DNA of 64,000 nt from Lytechinus pictus (Eukaryota), in contig NC_087263.1 in the NCBI RefSeq assembly GCF_037042905.1, positions 3,100,001 through 3,164,000 of the forward strand, in the 5' to 3' direction. Position numbers and translations under genes: made by a program. The notes under the pieces were generated by a model, which searched no databases, was not told where the DNA came from, and saw only the letters and a program-made list of their open reading frames with translations. This document shows positions 50,366 to 61,271 of the stretch, in pieces; position 1 is the first letter of the stretch, and each line of letters starts with the position of its first letter.

Positions 50366-52752
50366 GTGTCTTGTCTTTTCTCTTTAACCTTTTTTGTTTC
50401 TTTGTCTCATCGTTTTACTGTTTGTTTTTTTCTTCTTTTTTTCCTGTTATGCAGTGTGTGTATGTATGTTTGTATACTGTCATATTACAGAATCTACAGT
50501 TTCAGATTCATTAATTTCACATCTCTTTGAAAATACACAAAAATACATAAATAAAATGCTTATACAACAGAACAGATATTGACAAGTATTAGAAGTCATA
50601 AACAGATAGTAAAGAACAACTATCTCTGCTGTACGGCGGATGTGGGGGAAAGACAGAAAGCCATTGGCCTATCAAGGTCTATCCCCTGATTACCGTACAA
50701 CAGGGAAAGGACTTTTACAAAGAAAAATAGACAAAATGCAAAGAAAAGCCAAAACAGAAAAATAAGTCATATTTAGTGGGTGGGGGGGGGGGGGGGGGGG
50801 GTTGCAGGCAAATGAACATGGGCGTCTTCTCTTTTCTAAGTGTTTGTCTCTTTGTGTCATTGTTTCATATGGGTTGTATGTTGTTTTTTTTGTATTCATA
50901 AATAGCCTAAATTGTGGGCAACAAAAGAATCAGCAAACAAACAACTGGTTTTTTTTTGTCTTTGTATGTTTGTCTTGTGTATAATGTTCTTGTTGCATAT
51001 GTCAAGTATTTGTTGATATATATTTATTATATCTGGCTAATGAGTAGGGTATACGTTCTTCAATTTTCTTCCATACTTTGTATAGTTTGTATATGTTTGT
51101 GTATGTATGCATTTGTTCGTTCATGTGTGCATAGTTTTTCTTGCCCCTCTCTGTGTGTTTCTGTTGCAATACTGTCACATTTTTACTCTTGATGTTCATG
51201 TATGTTTATGTACTTTTGTTATCCTGCTTCAGTTTTCAACATATTTTGTATGTGATACCCTAGATTATTCTTCATGGGCTTTTACGTTTGTGTCTGTTTG
51301 TACTTGTTTGTTTGCCATCCATGTGTGTGTTTGTGTGTCTTGTGTCATCTTGTCTCTTTGTACTGCTGGCCTATAAATGTACTTTGTTTTATGGATATAA
51401 TTTTGTCATTTATTTCCCCTGCCTATTTTGTTTTGATAATTCATTGTATTAAGTAGTCTATATTGTTTTTTATATATTGCTTATTCAACCATTGCCTCTG
51501 CTCTTTGAGAAAAAAAATGCTCTAAGATTATATTTATAAAAAAAACGAAAAATAAAAGGAAAATGTATTTGCAGCAGCTTTTTATCTGAAAATTAATTTA
51601 AAATCTATAAATTTAGCAGTTTTATGAAATATTTTTATCCCTACAAGGACAAATTAGATAGTAGTGTCGTTTGTAATGTTATTGTTCTTTAAAAAAAGTG
51701 ATGTATTCATAATGCAAATGCATGTGTTATTTATCCTTTGCAGTACCAAATTGTGTTCTGTTCACATGATATTCTTAAATCTTGTTCTACACTATGGTGC
51801 ATGTTGGAATGCCTTAACAGCTAATTTGCATGTCCATTTGTAATATTATATTCACTGTGTGGTACTTATAGTAATCATCAAATAATGACCTTTCTTCCAG
51901 TGCAAAAATGAATTTGAATTTTGAAGTTGAATTTTGATATGTTATGCTATTTTAATGTTTTAATGTCATTGTCATCACAACCATCACCATTGTCATCTTA
52001 AGTGGAATTTTTATTGTTTTTACCAACCTAACTTTTACCATTTTCCAATGATTAAAAAAAAGTCATTTTTCATGCTGAATTGTGAATATGTCATTTGAGC
52101 CATGTATTATAATATCCAAAGTAATCAAAGAGAAAACAATGTTTCAAAAATGAAGGAAATAAAGAAAAATTACGCATTATAAGTAGAATCCGCTTCCACC
52201 CCCCCAAAAAAAAAAGAAAATTGAAGTCGATTTTAGTTTCTATTAAGTCTAAGAAAAGAAGCAACACTAAATTTCTTTCACACAGTACATTTCTGTTTTT
52301 TATTGATATAATTGATGGACATCGAGATCATATTTGTTCATTATAAACTAAACATCGCCTCATGGTTATGTATCATATGGTACATCATATTTTTTTCTTA
52401 TATGATTTCGTCCTCTGCTACTTGCTTAGTCGCAAGTTCCACATCCTAAATAATCTTCCTCGCTAAAACATGCATGCAATGTGTGCCATCCTTTATTGTA
52501 TCATCATGCAATATACTATACCTTGTTGCATTTTGTGTCCTGAAATATATATTACAAATTTCCCTCATCTTAACATTGTGATCGCATGTGACATGACCTA
52601 ATGGACTAATTCATTTCATTTATTTGCAGGTTGTAAGCATGGAAGAGTATGATCACGTATCCATGGAAACAATTTACTATTCATCTCTTAATTTAACTAA
52701 TCTTTGCCATGATAAACTTTGTATTCAGCCTTGCCTTTGTATTGTTGTAGTT

Positions 52753-53052
52753 GGGGGAATTGTCGTGGTATAGTGGTTCAGACTCATGCCTTTTAATAGG
52801 AGGGCCATGGGTTCAAATCCCCCCATGGCATGAGCATCTAGATTTGCCTCTCTCCACCCAGGTGTTACCTGGTAGGATGCAATAGTCATTGTATTTGCCC
52901 GGCATTGTAAGCACCTTACAAAGTGTCTGGCTGGAATACTCCCCAGGAGTGGAAAAAGTACACAATGACTCCAGTGATGGGATTGACAATATTTTAGCCC
53001 CTTGTCGTAAGGGGCCTTGTGAATAACTGGGATTATAATAAGTGCTATCATT
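52753..53052 (+). mobile_element. tRNA-derived SINE
   Basis: gtggtatagtgg (A box), ggttcaaatcc (B box), ccacccaggtg core, ggaatactccccaggagtg. Confidence 0.8.
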
Positions 53053-53901
53053 TAAGTATTAGAATCATTGGTGCATGTAAAAGAATTTTTTAAACAGGAA
53101 ATCGTTCATATGCTTCCTGGGTTGTATGAATGGACTGAAAGAACAGATATTTTCTGTGTAATATCTTTTAATTTTATAAGTATTATATTGAATGCAATCG
53201 TAAAAACATAAATACATGCAGGTGCATAAATAAACTGCTGATGAATCTTTTGGGGGCCATTGTTTAAATGTTGTTTAATTGGGACAAATAAATGCGATTC
53301 TTTATAAATTAGATAGCAAAAAAATGAGAGAATTACATGAACTTATGATTTATAAGATAAACATTTGATTTGTCAATGTTGAAATTAATCATGGCAAAGC
53401 ATCCTTTGATATGTGTTTCATTTTTAATCAACATTAAGTTGAACTGTGTATAACACATACAGGAGATGAGGGGTTTTAGTTGAGGAGGTAATTGCATGAA
53501 TATATTTCATATTGAATGCGGGAGCCTCACGTAACTCTTCTAACCCATTCTTAGCTCGATAGCTTCGTTCTATAATCAGTAGACGACAAAATATGACAAC
53601 TTGGGAATTGTAACAACAATGCATCTTAAGATGTAACTAACTGCTACATAAAATCAATCATTGTCTTAATAACATTGTTGCTAATATACATTGCCATATT
53701 GATTACGTAATAAACCAACATCTCAAATGTGTAAATGTCATTAGTACTTGCTGAAGAAATGAACTATTCATTCATGATGTCTTGTTTTTGTTTTTCTTTT
53801 TCCTGTCCTTTTTCTCCCTCGTTTCCCTTTTAAATTCCTTTCGCTGGCAAACCTCAAAAATTTCGAAAAAACAAAATTCTAACGGCAATCGCTCCGAGCA
53901 G

Positions 53902-53958
53902 GTCCATCTGGAATGGGCTCAAATCCATCGTTAGCTGGCTTCAGAGGCTTACCAAAAG
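53902..53958 (+). CDS. CELF2: Probable cassette exon 10 (GPSGMGSNPSLAGFRGLPK)
   Basis: Upstream pyrimidine tract, branch-like ttctaac (53877-83), gagcag|GT acceptor, weak donor AAAG|gtttta; 57 nt, phase 1-1; linker-like composition. Confidence 0.65.
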
Positions 53959-54494
53959 GTTTTAATCAAAATCACTTTTTCGTTTGTTGAGTGTGTGTGT
54001 GTGTGCTTTCATTGTTATGTTGCATTTTGTCTGCTTTTCATGTCTTTAATTTCCCCCTTTAAACGTTTCCATACCCACGTACGTGCACGTGCTTGTAATT
54101 TACTAACTTCATTTATATTTTTGTTGAAAGTAGCAAAATGCTCAAAAATCGCCAAAGTTTCTTGGGATTATTTATTTATCGACTCTTTAGGGTCAGGACG
54201 GGTAAAAAACAAAAACACAAAATTTTAGAAAGTAGAGTACAAGTTTTAGTGTGTTACGTGGCAGTATTTATCAATTTTCATTCAATTCTGTTCTATGTTT
54301 GTATTTGTTTGTCTTGTATTTTACATCAATTATTGTTATTTTGTTCAATCAGAATTTTGTTAGTGTAGTAATGTCAGTTCAAAAGTCTCTTTCATTGCAC
54401 TTATAATGCAGCTAATGATTCATCTTCATTTTATGATCGCTTGATTATCATTTTGCACCTTGTTATTGATATATATATAGCTAGTACCCCAAGA

Positions 54495-55110
54495 CACCAT
54501 CATCATCATCATCACCACCATCTTCTTCATCATCATCATCATTCTCTCTTTCCTCTCTTCCACCACTACCACCTCCTCACATTTTGATAATCATAACCAC
54601 TGCTGTAATCACTATCAGTACTATCATAGTTACTTTGACTATCCCTCTATCATCATCAACATCATCATCACCATCATCATCTCTATCATCATCATCGCCA
54701 CCACCATTTTCATCATCATCATTACTATCATCATCATCACCACCATCACCATCGTCATTGTCATCATCGTCGTCGTCATCGTCGTCATCATCACCATCAC
54801 CACCATCATCAACACCACCATCATCATCATCTTAATTTCCTCTTTATCATCATCATAGTAGTAATAATCATCATCCTCTTCCTCCTCCTTCACCTCCACC
54901 TCCTACTCACATTTCCATAATCATAACCACAGCTGCAATCACCATCATTACCATCATAGTCACTATCCCTACTATCGTCATCATCATCATCATTTTCATA
55001 ATTGCCATTATATTCTTAATAGTAGTCATCTCCTCCACCATCATCACCACCACCACTACCAACGCTATCATCAGCATCACCTCTACCACCACCTTCTCTA
55101 CAACTACCAC
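54495..55110. repeat. (CAT)n/(CAC)n low-complexity tract with internal duplication
   Basis: Direct inspection; ctcacattt..ataatcataaccac occurs twice. Confidence 0.9.
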
Positions 55111-56548
55111 TGTATTTCATATGATCATATCAATGTTACTCTTTCTCCACCTTTGACAATTTGGTTGTACCCTATTATTCATCCAATATTCGTAGCTGTT
55201 GTTATCACTTGTGTTCGAACCATTCTGTTAAAGCTTCTCAAGCATCTTGCGCACCTTTCAAATTTTATTTGACTACTGCATTTTGCACCCTTTTTGTGGA
55301 ATCACCCTTCACCACTTGGAAACACTCTCATGACATCTTGGCCTATATTCAATTCAATACTCAAGTATTAAAGCTAATTAGGTATTTTACTTAAATCGCA
55401 ATTTTTATTTTCATTTTATGATTTTTTTTTTCATAAGACACTTCTCTTACAAAGACTTGATTGCAAGATTAAAGTATATTTAATAAGCTGAGCTGTGCAG
55501 AATATTACGCCAAAATTTTTGTGCGATGCATTAATTTTGTTACTTCCATGAGAGTGTAACATCACGCTTATTCTAATTTGGTTTGAAATGGGCCTTTAAA
55601 AAGTAAATTGCCCAGTACGGAATTGAATGCGATTGAGTAGATTTCTTCTCCAAGCAAAATAGTAACAGTTTTGCTTATTAAATATGGGTACTGAATTGAA
55701 TACTGGCATAGGGTCTATGAAGATTTTGATTTTGATTGATAATTGTAATTGGAAAGGGAAATACCATGACAATTTTAAAGTAGATATGAGAAGTTGACAT
55801 TCATATGGAGTATTGATAAGAATTCGCAAAACATTTTCTGGCTATAGGTACGTTAAGCCCCTTTCACAACTGGTGGTGCGACTGCTTACAACCGTTGCGA
55901 CAACATATATTGTGACCAAATGATCGCAAACGATCTAAAGAGCAATAGTGAAAGCCCCTTAAATCATCACAGCTATAATTAAATTTTGATTATACAAAGG
56001 GAAACATTAATATCTAGCTGTCAAATTGTTTCAAATCAAACTTCATCACCAAGAAAGTAAATTAGAGATTTCTGCATATACATCTTGGCCATGTACCACA
56101 ATGGGTTGCGATTGATCCAATCAATTACAAGTGTGGAAAGCCACTAGTGTCATAGTTCTTCATCTAGTTGTGTATAGGATTATGTATATGTTTGTCAACA
56201 AAATAGGAGCATGCTGCTTTTAGTTAATTAAAACAGATTATGATGGATGTCAGCGTTTTGTCGTATTTTGAAAACAGTCTGAATGGACATGCATCCTGGA
56301 TGATAGTGTCACTGGGTGTCCATATTTGAGATTGATTGGATCAGTTGCAGTTATTTGTGATACCTGGTGGGTGTTTCATAAAGCTGTTCGTAAGTTAAGA
56401 GCGACTTTAAGAACGACTGGTGATCCTTTTTTTGTGGAAATGCGGGGGGAAATGGTATATTCATTGACGATGGTTACGCGTGTAAGAAAGCTTCACCAGT
56501 CGTTCTTAAAGTTGCTCTTAACTTACGAACAGCTTTATGAAACGGCCC

Positions 56549-56841
56549 CCAGGCCTTGCTGGTTTTCAATAGTATACTTCTACCTGTATATCTTAACAGA
56601 CAGGAAATATATTCCTTATCCAATTTTCATTAAATTTTCTTATATTACCCAATTATTGTTCTCCCTTTTTTAATTTTCTTTGCAAGCCCTCAACCAGGCC
56701 TTGCTGGTTTTCAACAGTATACTTCTACCTGTATATCTTAACAGACAGGAAATATATTCCATATCCAATATTCATAAAATTTTATAATATTACCCGATTT
56801 ATTGTTTTCCCCTTCTAAATTTTCTTTGCAAGACCTCAACC
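56549..56841. repeat. Tandem duplication, about 145 bp x2, abutting a MITE
   Basis: ccaggccttgctggttttcaa.agtatacttctacctg...ttctttgcaag.cctcaa occurs twice. Confidence 0.92.
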
Positions 56842-57972
56842 TTCTTATTAGAGGGCCCTGTTTGCATGAAGCAATGCAATTGATTATTCTAAATTGATAA
56901 AACTCTTTTGTACACAGTTTGCCATTGAGTTACAATTAAATTTGATAATACAATCGATTGTATCATTCATGTACCAGGGCCTTGTTCCCATATCTTTATT
57001 CAATATTCCAATGTGCTTTTTTTCTACTCTTTTCTATTCATGATTTAAATATGATTGTATGGTTTTGTTATGTTTGATATTATTTTGTATTTTATATGAT
57101 TTTTTTATTTCTTCACATTATCTTCAATATTTATTCATTCATTTTGTTGCACTTTTCCTTTGTGTGTTGTGCTTCCACCATTTCTTGTGTTCAACATAAC
57201 TTTTTTTATTTTGGGGAGTGCTATTTGGTTAGATAGGCAAAATGAGGTTATTAACATGTTGGCTTCCAAACTACAAGTAGGTCTTATTTATTGAAATGTT
57301 ATCAATGACAAATTACTAGCTTCTAATCATAAGCTACTGAAATAGGTTCATTTGATTGGTTGAGAAAAAAAATTTATTCTTCAATTCCAGCATTTGTTAT
57401 TGATATATTGTTTTTATGAAACCAAACCCAGGACATGTTTCATTTAACCTGTTCATGGAGTCACCTGCATTGACTGGCTAATTACAGAGCAAATTTGTCA
57501 CAGAATCTCAGCAAATGTTGTTGTGAAACAATACCCATTTTATCATGGAATGTTAACACTTGTCCGTAATAAATTTTATGAAACGGGTCCTGGCTCGCTT
57601 TTGTTTAAAGTCTATGGAGATTGAATTAATAGACCTGTAAAAAAAAAGATGTACCAAATTTATCGTTCTTGTATCTTATGTTATATTTTTTTTCTGACAT
57701 CTCCTGCGTCATATTTCAGAATATAGACACATTTCAGAAGTTAAATTGTTCCCTTGATAATATTTGTTCTTGAACGTTTATCTTGTGTCTAAGGGAAGGG
57801 GTGGGTATTTTTGCAGTTTTGCTTTTTTTAACGAATTTCCTTACAGACCTTTCAACAACCATATAAACTTAAATTTAGTAATTCAAGAATGAATTATACT
57901 GCTTCTACTACAGTAGGGGAGTTACTTGACCTAGTAATCGATAGCAATCCATTTTTTTCTGTCTTTTTGTAG

Positions 57973-58035
57973 GAGCCGGAACTAACACGACATCGAGTAT
58001 GACGGGACTAACAGCGGGTTTACAGGGCTTAGCAG
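57973..58035 (+). CDS. CELF2: CELF1/2-like exon 11 (GAGTNTTSSMTGLTAGLQGLA)
   Basis: tctttttgtag|GA acceptor and GCAG|gtaggt donor; 63 nt, phase 1-1; LQGLAG resembles LQ.LAG in CELF1/2. Confidence 0.88.
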
Positions 58036-59259
58036 GTAGGTGGTGTTTAAAGTCAACCTTCCTGCATTTTACTAACACCAAAAACCTACCAAACCTGGAA
58101 TGATTTCATCTTGTTCTTTTGTTTTGTTTGCTGCCTGCATTTTCCCTCCTTTTTTACATTATTTCTTATTTGTTGGTTTTATTATTGTGTCGCATTCCAC
58201 CGTTTTGGGTTGCATTGGGTTCATAGCTGAGCGAAAACCTTGAGGGCATTTCATGAAACAAATAAACAGTGATTTGTCACTGAGTACTGTTAAAAGCTAC
58301 TGAAATCCTTGCATCTGATTGGCTCAGAAAGAATGAGTCAGTAAAAATCACTGACTATTTGCTTTGTGAAACACTCCTATTTATCTCTTTTAGAATATGT
58401 CACATTATTGAAAATCAAGTTCTGTGTTATCACAATGTAATGATAAAAATTAAATTGCATACTGTTGACAAACATTATTTGTTCATTTATTTGATAAATT
58501 CTCCTAAGAAATTATTTCAACCTGTATTTGTTAAGAAAAAAATTATCATTTCTAATTTTGATATTGACTTTTGATTACAGCTGTCATACCAATTGATGTG
58601 CATTCTGGTTCTTAAATCGTCTTTTTTTCTTCAAATTCTGATTTAAGAATCGAATAGCCTGAATCATTTGAATTATTAGCAATTAAACAGTCAATTTATC
58701 ATGGAAAATACAAGCACCTGCCTATTCCAAAGGCTTCCTGTTAATCTTTTATCTATCTATACAATCTTTATTCTCAATTGATTTTCATTACGCTCTGCAG
58801 CATGCCTTGTTGTAGGTTGTCATGTCAAAAGTCTACCCCGACCTATTCCTGTATTCCCCACTTGAAGCAAAATAAAAACAAGTCATTTTGATTTGGGAGA
58901 ATCTTTAGTATATTTGCATTTTGTTCATGACAATGAACTAACGCTTTTCTGGATGAGATTATTTTGATTAGCTTGTGTTAATTTTGAATGCTTGGGTAAC
59001 TTTGATTGTCATGACTAGATTTGAGGAAATTGGAATTGCAAACAGTTTGCTGTGTATGTTATGTTTTTCAAGAAGCATATAAGAAGCTTTTTTTAATAGG
59101 TGCATCTAAAAGGGTGTGTTTTTAATAAAATGTATGATCAAATTTGCTGTCAGAAGAAATATTGTGGTTTTCCTTTTCACTTTTAATTGAACTTTGCATT
59201 AAAAAAAAAGTCTAAACTTTTTTTTTGAATATGGGCTTTAAATTAAACATTTGTAAACA

Positions 59260-59800
59260 TTGAAATATTGTACTTCACACTTTTTATTACCTGATGTGAA
59301 AAGTTCACAAAAACTGCTCTATATTTTAACACATTTTTATCAAGATTTATAATTCCAAGTGGCTTTGAGCCAAAGGGAGAGCGGCCATAATAAATACCAT
59401 TGACCAGAAATTCAAACTTTAGAAAATATAATTGGCAGATAGCACATTGTTAGGGTGATATATTAAAAATTATAACCCTTCCCATTTCCAGATGTTTAAT
59501 ATTATGATATAGCTTGTAGCAATAGAGATAGGAATAATATTTATCAACATTAGTTATATTCCTTTTGCTAAGCATTTATGCATTTTGAAGCCTGTTAATT
59601 TCTTTTAAATATTCATATATATCCCATGCTATATATACTATATATCTCTCTCTCCCTTCATTGTTATATTTTGGCAAAATAATATCATGGCTTCTGTTCT
59701 CGTAACATGTTGGATATACACTGTTAATCAATTCATCCATGTTGACTTTGAATTCGTCCAATATTGTCGAGGAAAAGAAAATATTTGATCTGTTCACATA
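59260..59800 (-). mobile_element. Degenerate LINE (L2/CR1 clade) 3' end
   Basis: Minus-strand peptide FKVN...YENRSHDIILPKYN...IVYIAWDIY resembles the C-terminus of L2/CR1-clade ORF2, followed by an AT-rich UTR with aataaa. Confidence 0.45.
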
Positions 59801-61124
59801 TGGACCTATTTTGTCCCCAATCTAATCCTATATTCTGCATTTGTTTGATATGTGTATGTTCATGTTCCCCCATTGACCCCCTTCCATCGTACAAACCAGA
59901 ATGTTTAATGTAAACCTAACCAAGAATCGTTTTTGTACGTCCCCCCCACCCCCCCCCCCCTCAATTTTCCAAGTCTCAGTAGAATTTGCTTGTACATGTA
60001 TGTTATAAACCTGATAAAACCTAGGACTGAATTACCATGTCTCTACACAAGTGCATCATTTGTTTTATTTTTTTTTACATCATCTATCCTTCCTGTTACG
60101 ATGTTGCGTGTTACTTTCTTGTTAGTTTATCCTTCAAATTATTAAGCCTTTGTGTGAAATATCCCTTTAAAACCAAACTCTGAAGAGGGCATCCGGTCAT
60201 CCAGCAAGCTGAAAAATCAGTCGACGATAATATATACTCTCTTGTTTAATTGTTCGTAACTTCTCGTTCATTAACAAAATTCTAGCACAAAAGTTATGTC
60301 CAAAAATTGTTTTGACAGTTGATTGCGTTTGTTATGAATTCTGTTTGTTGCGACGAATTTCGTGTAGGCAGTCTCATTAATTACACCCGCACAAATTTTC
60401 TACCCATTTTTTTCCTTTTTCCATGTCTTGGAAAACTTTCCTTTTTGATAATACATGTTGGTTGTTGATTATTTTGTTGTAATTTCGATCATGTTTTGAG
60501 TTTGTGTGGTAAAAGTTAATTTTGACAGCACCTGAAACTCACCAGCATTCCACTGCTTCGCTCTTTAATAGCAATGTTCTTTAGAGAAATAGAGAAATTT
60601 GTTTGTTCAATTTTCTTGTGATTCACAATTCGACCATGTGCGTTTGATTCTGAAATAACATCCTCTAAAAAGACCTTATTCTTAAAAAATTGACAACCAA
60701 TGGATCGAAAATCTGAACAATCAAAACAGACAGAAACAATCACAAGCAATCGAAAGGAATTTGCCGTGTTCATGGATGGTTTTGACGGGATATTATCACA
60801 CACAAATGACCGCCGTTTTCTATGCATTATACTTGCCTATCTCATGCATCGCATCATTCGGGTAACTTTTCTTTGTAATGGTATCTTTCAAATGTTTGAT
60901 ATGCTGAAAATTCCATCTCATTCTTGTCATTTATGAATTGGAAGAAGAAAATGTGTGAATAAAAAAAAAGAAGAGAATCTTGAATGGAAAGTTGAAAAAA
61001 AAAAATGCATGCAGTTTTTCTAAACACCATCCAAAAATTTGCTGTCTTTTTCCCCACCACCATGATGTGTGACCTTTCAACTTTCACCCTTGGCGTGACC
61101 TGAACTTTGACCCGACCTGACCAG

Positions 61125-61271
61125 GCACGGGGCTGTCGAGCAGTGTAGCCGGGGTCGGTAGTTTGGGCACGGCGGCCGGTTTGGCGGGCACAGGGGCCGC
61201 AACCGCCCCCACAGCCAATATTGACCTTACCGCCTTGACGCAAGCATATTCAGGGATACAGCAGTATACAG
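61125..61271 (+). CDS. CELF2: CELF1/2-like exon 12 (GTGLSSSVAGVGSLGTAAGLAGTGAATAPTANIDLTALTQAYSGIQQYT); gene continues beyond the window
   Basis: tgaccag|GC acceptor and ACAG|gtttgt donor; 147 nt, phase 1-1; ALTQAYSGIQQY matches the conserved CELF1/2 motif upstream of RRM3. Confidence 0.92.

Noticed and set aside
50630-50698. Pre-miRNA-like hairpin (gtacgg...ggggaaagac...gtctatcccc...ccgtac)
   Set aside because: The stem is interrupted and branched, and minus-strand context resembles a LINE 3' UTR stem-loop followed by an AT-rich tail.
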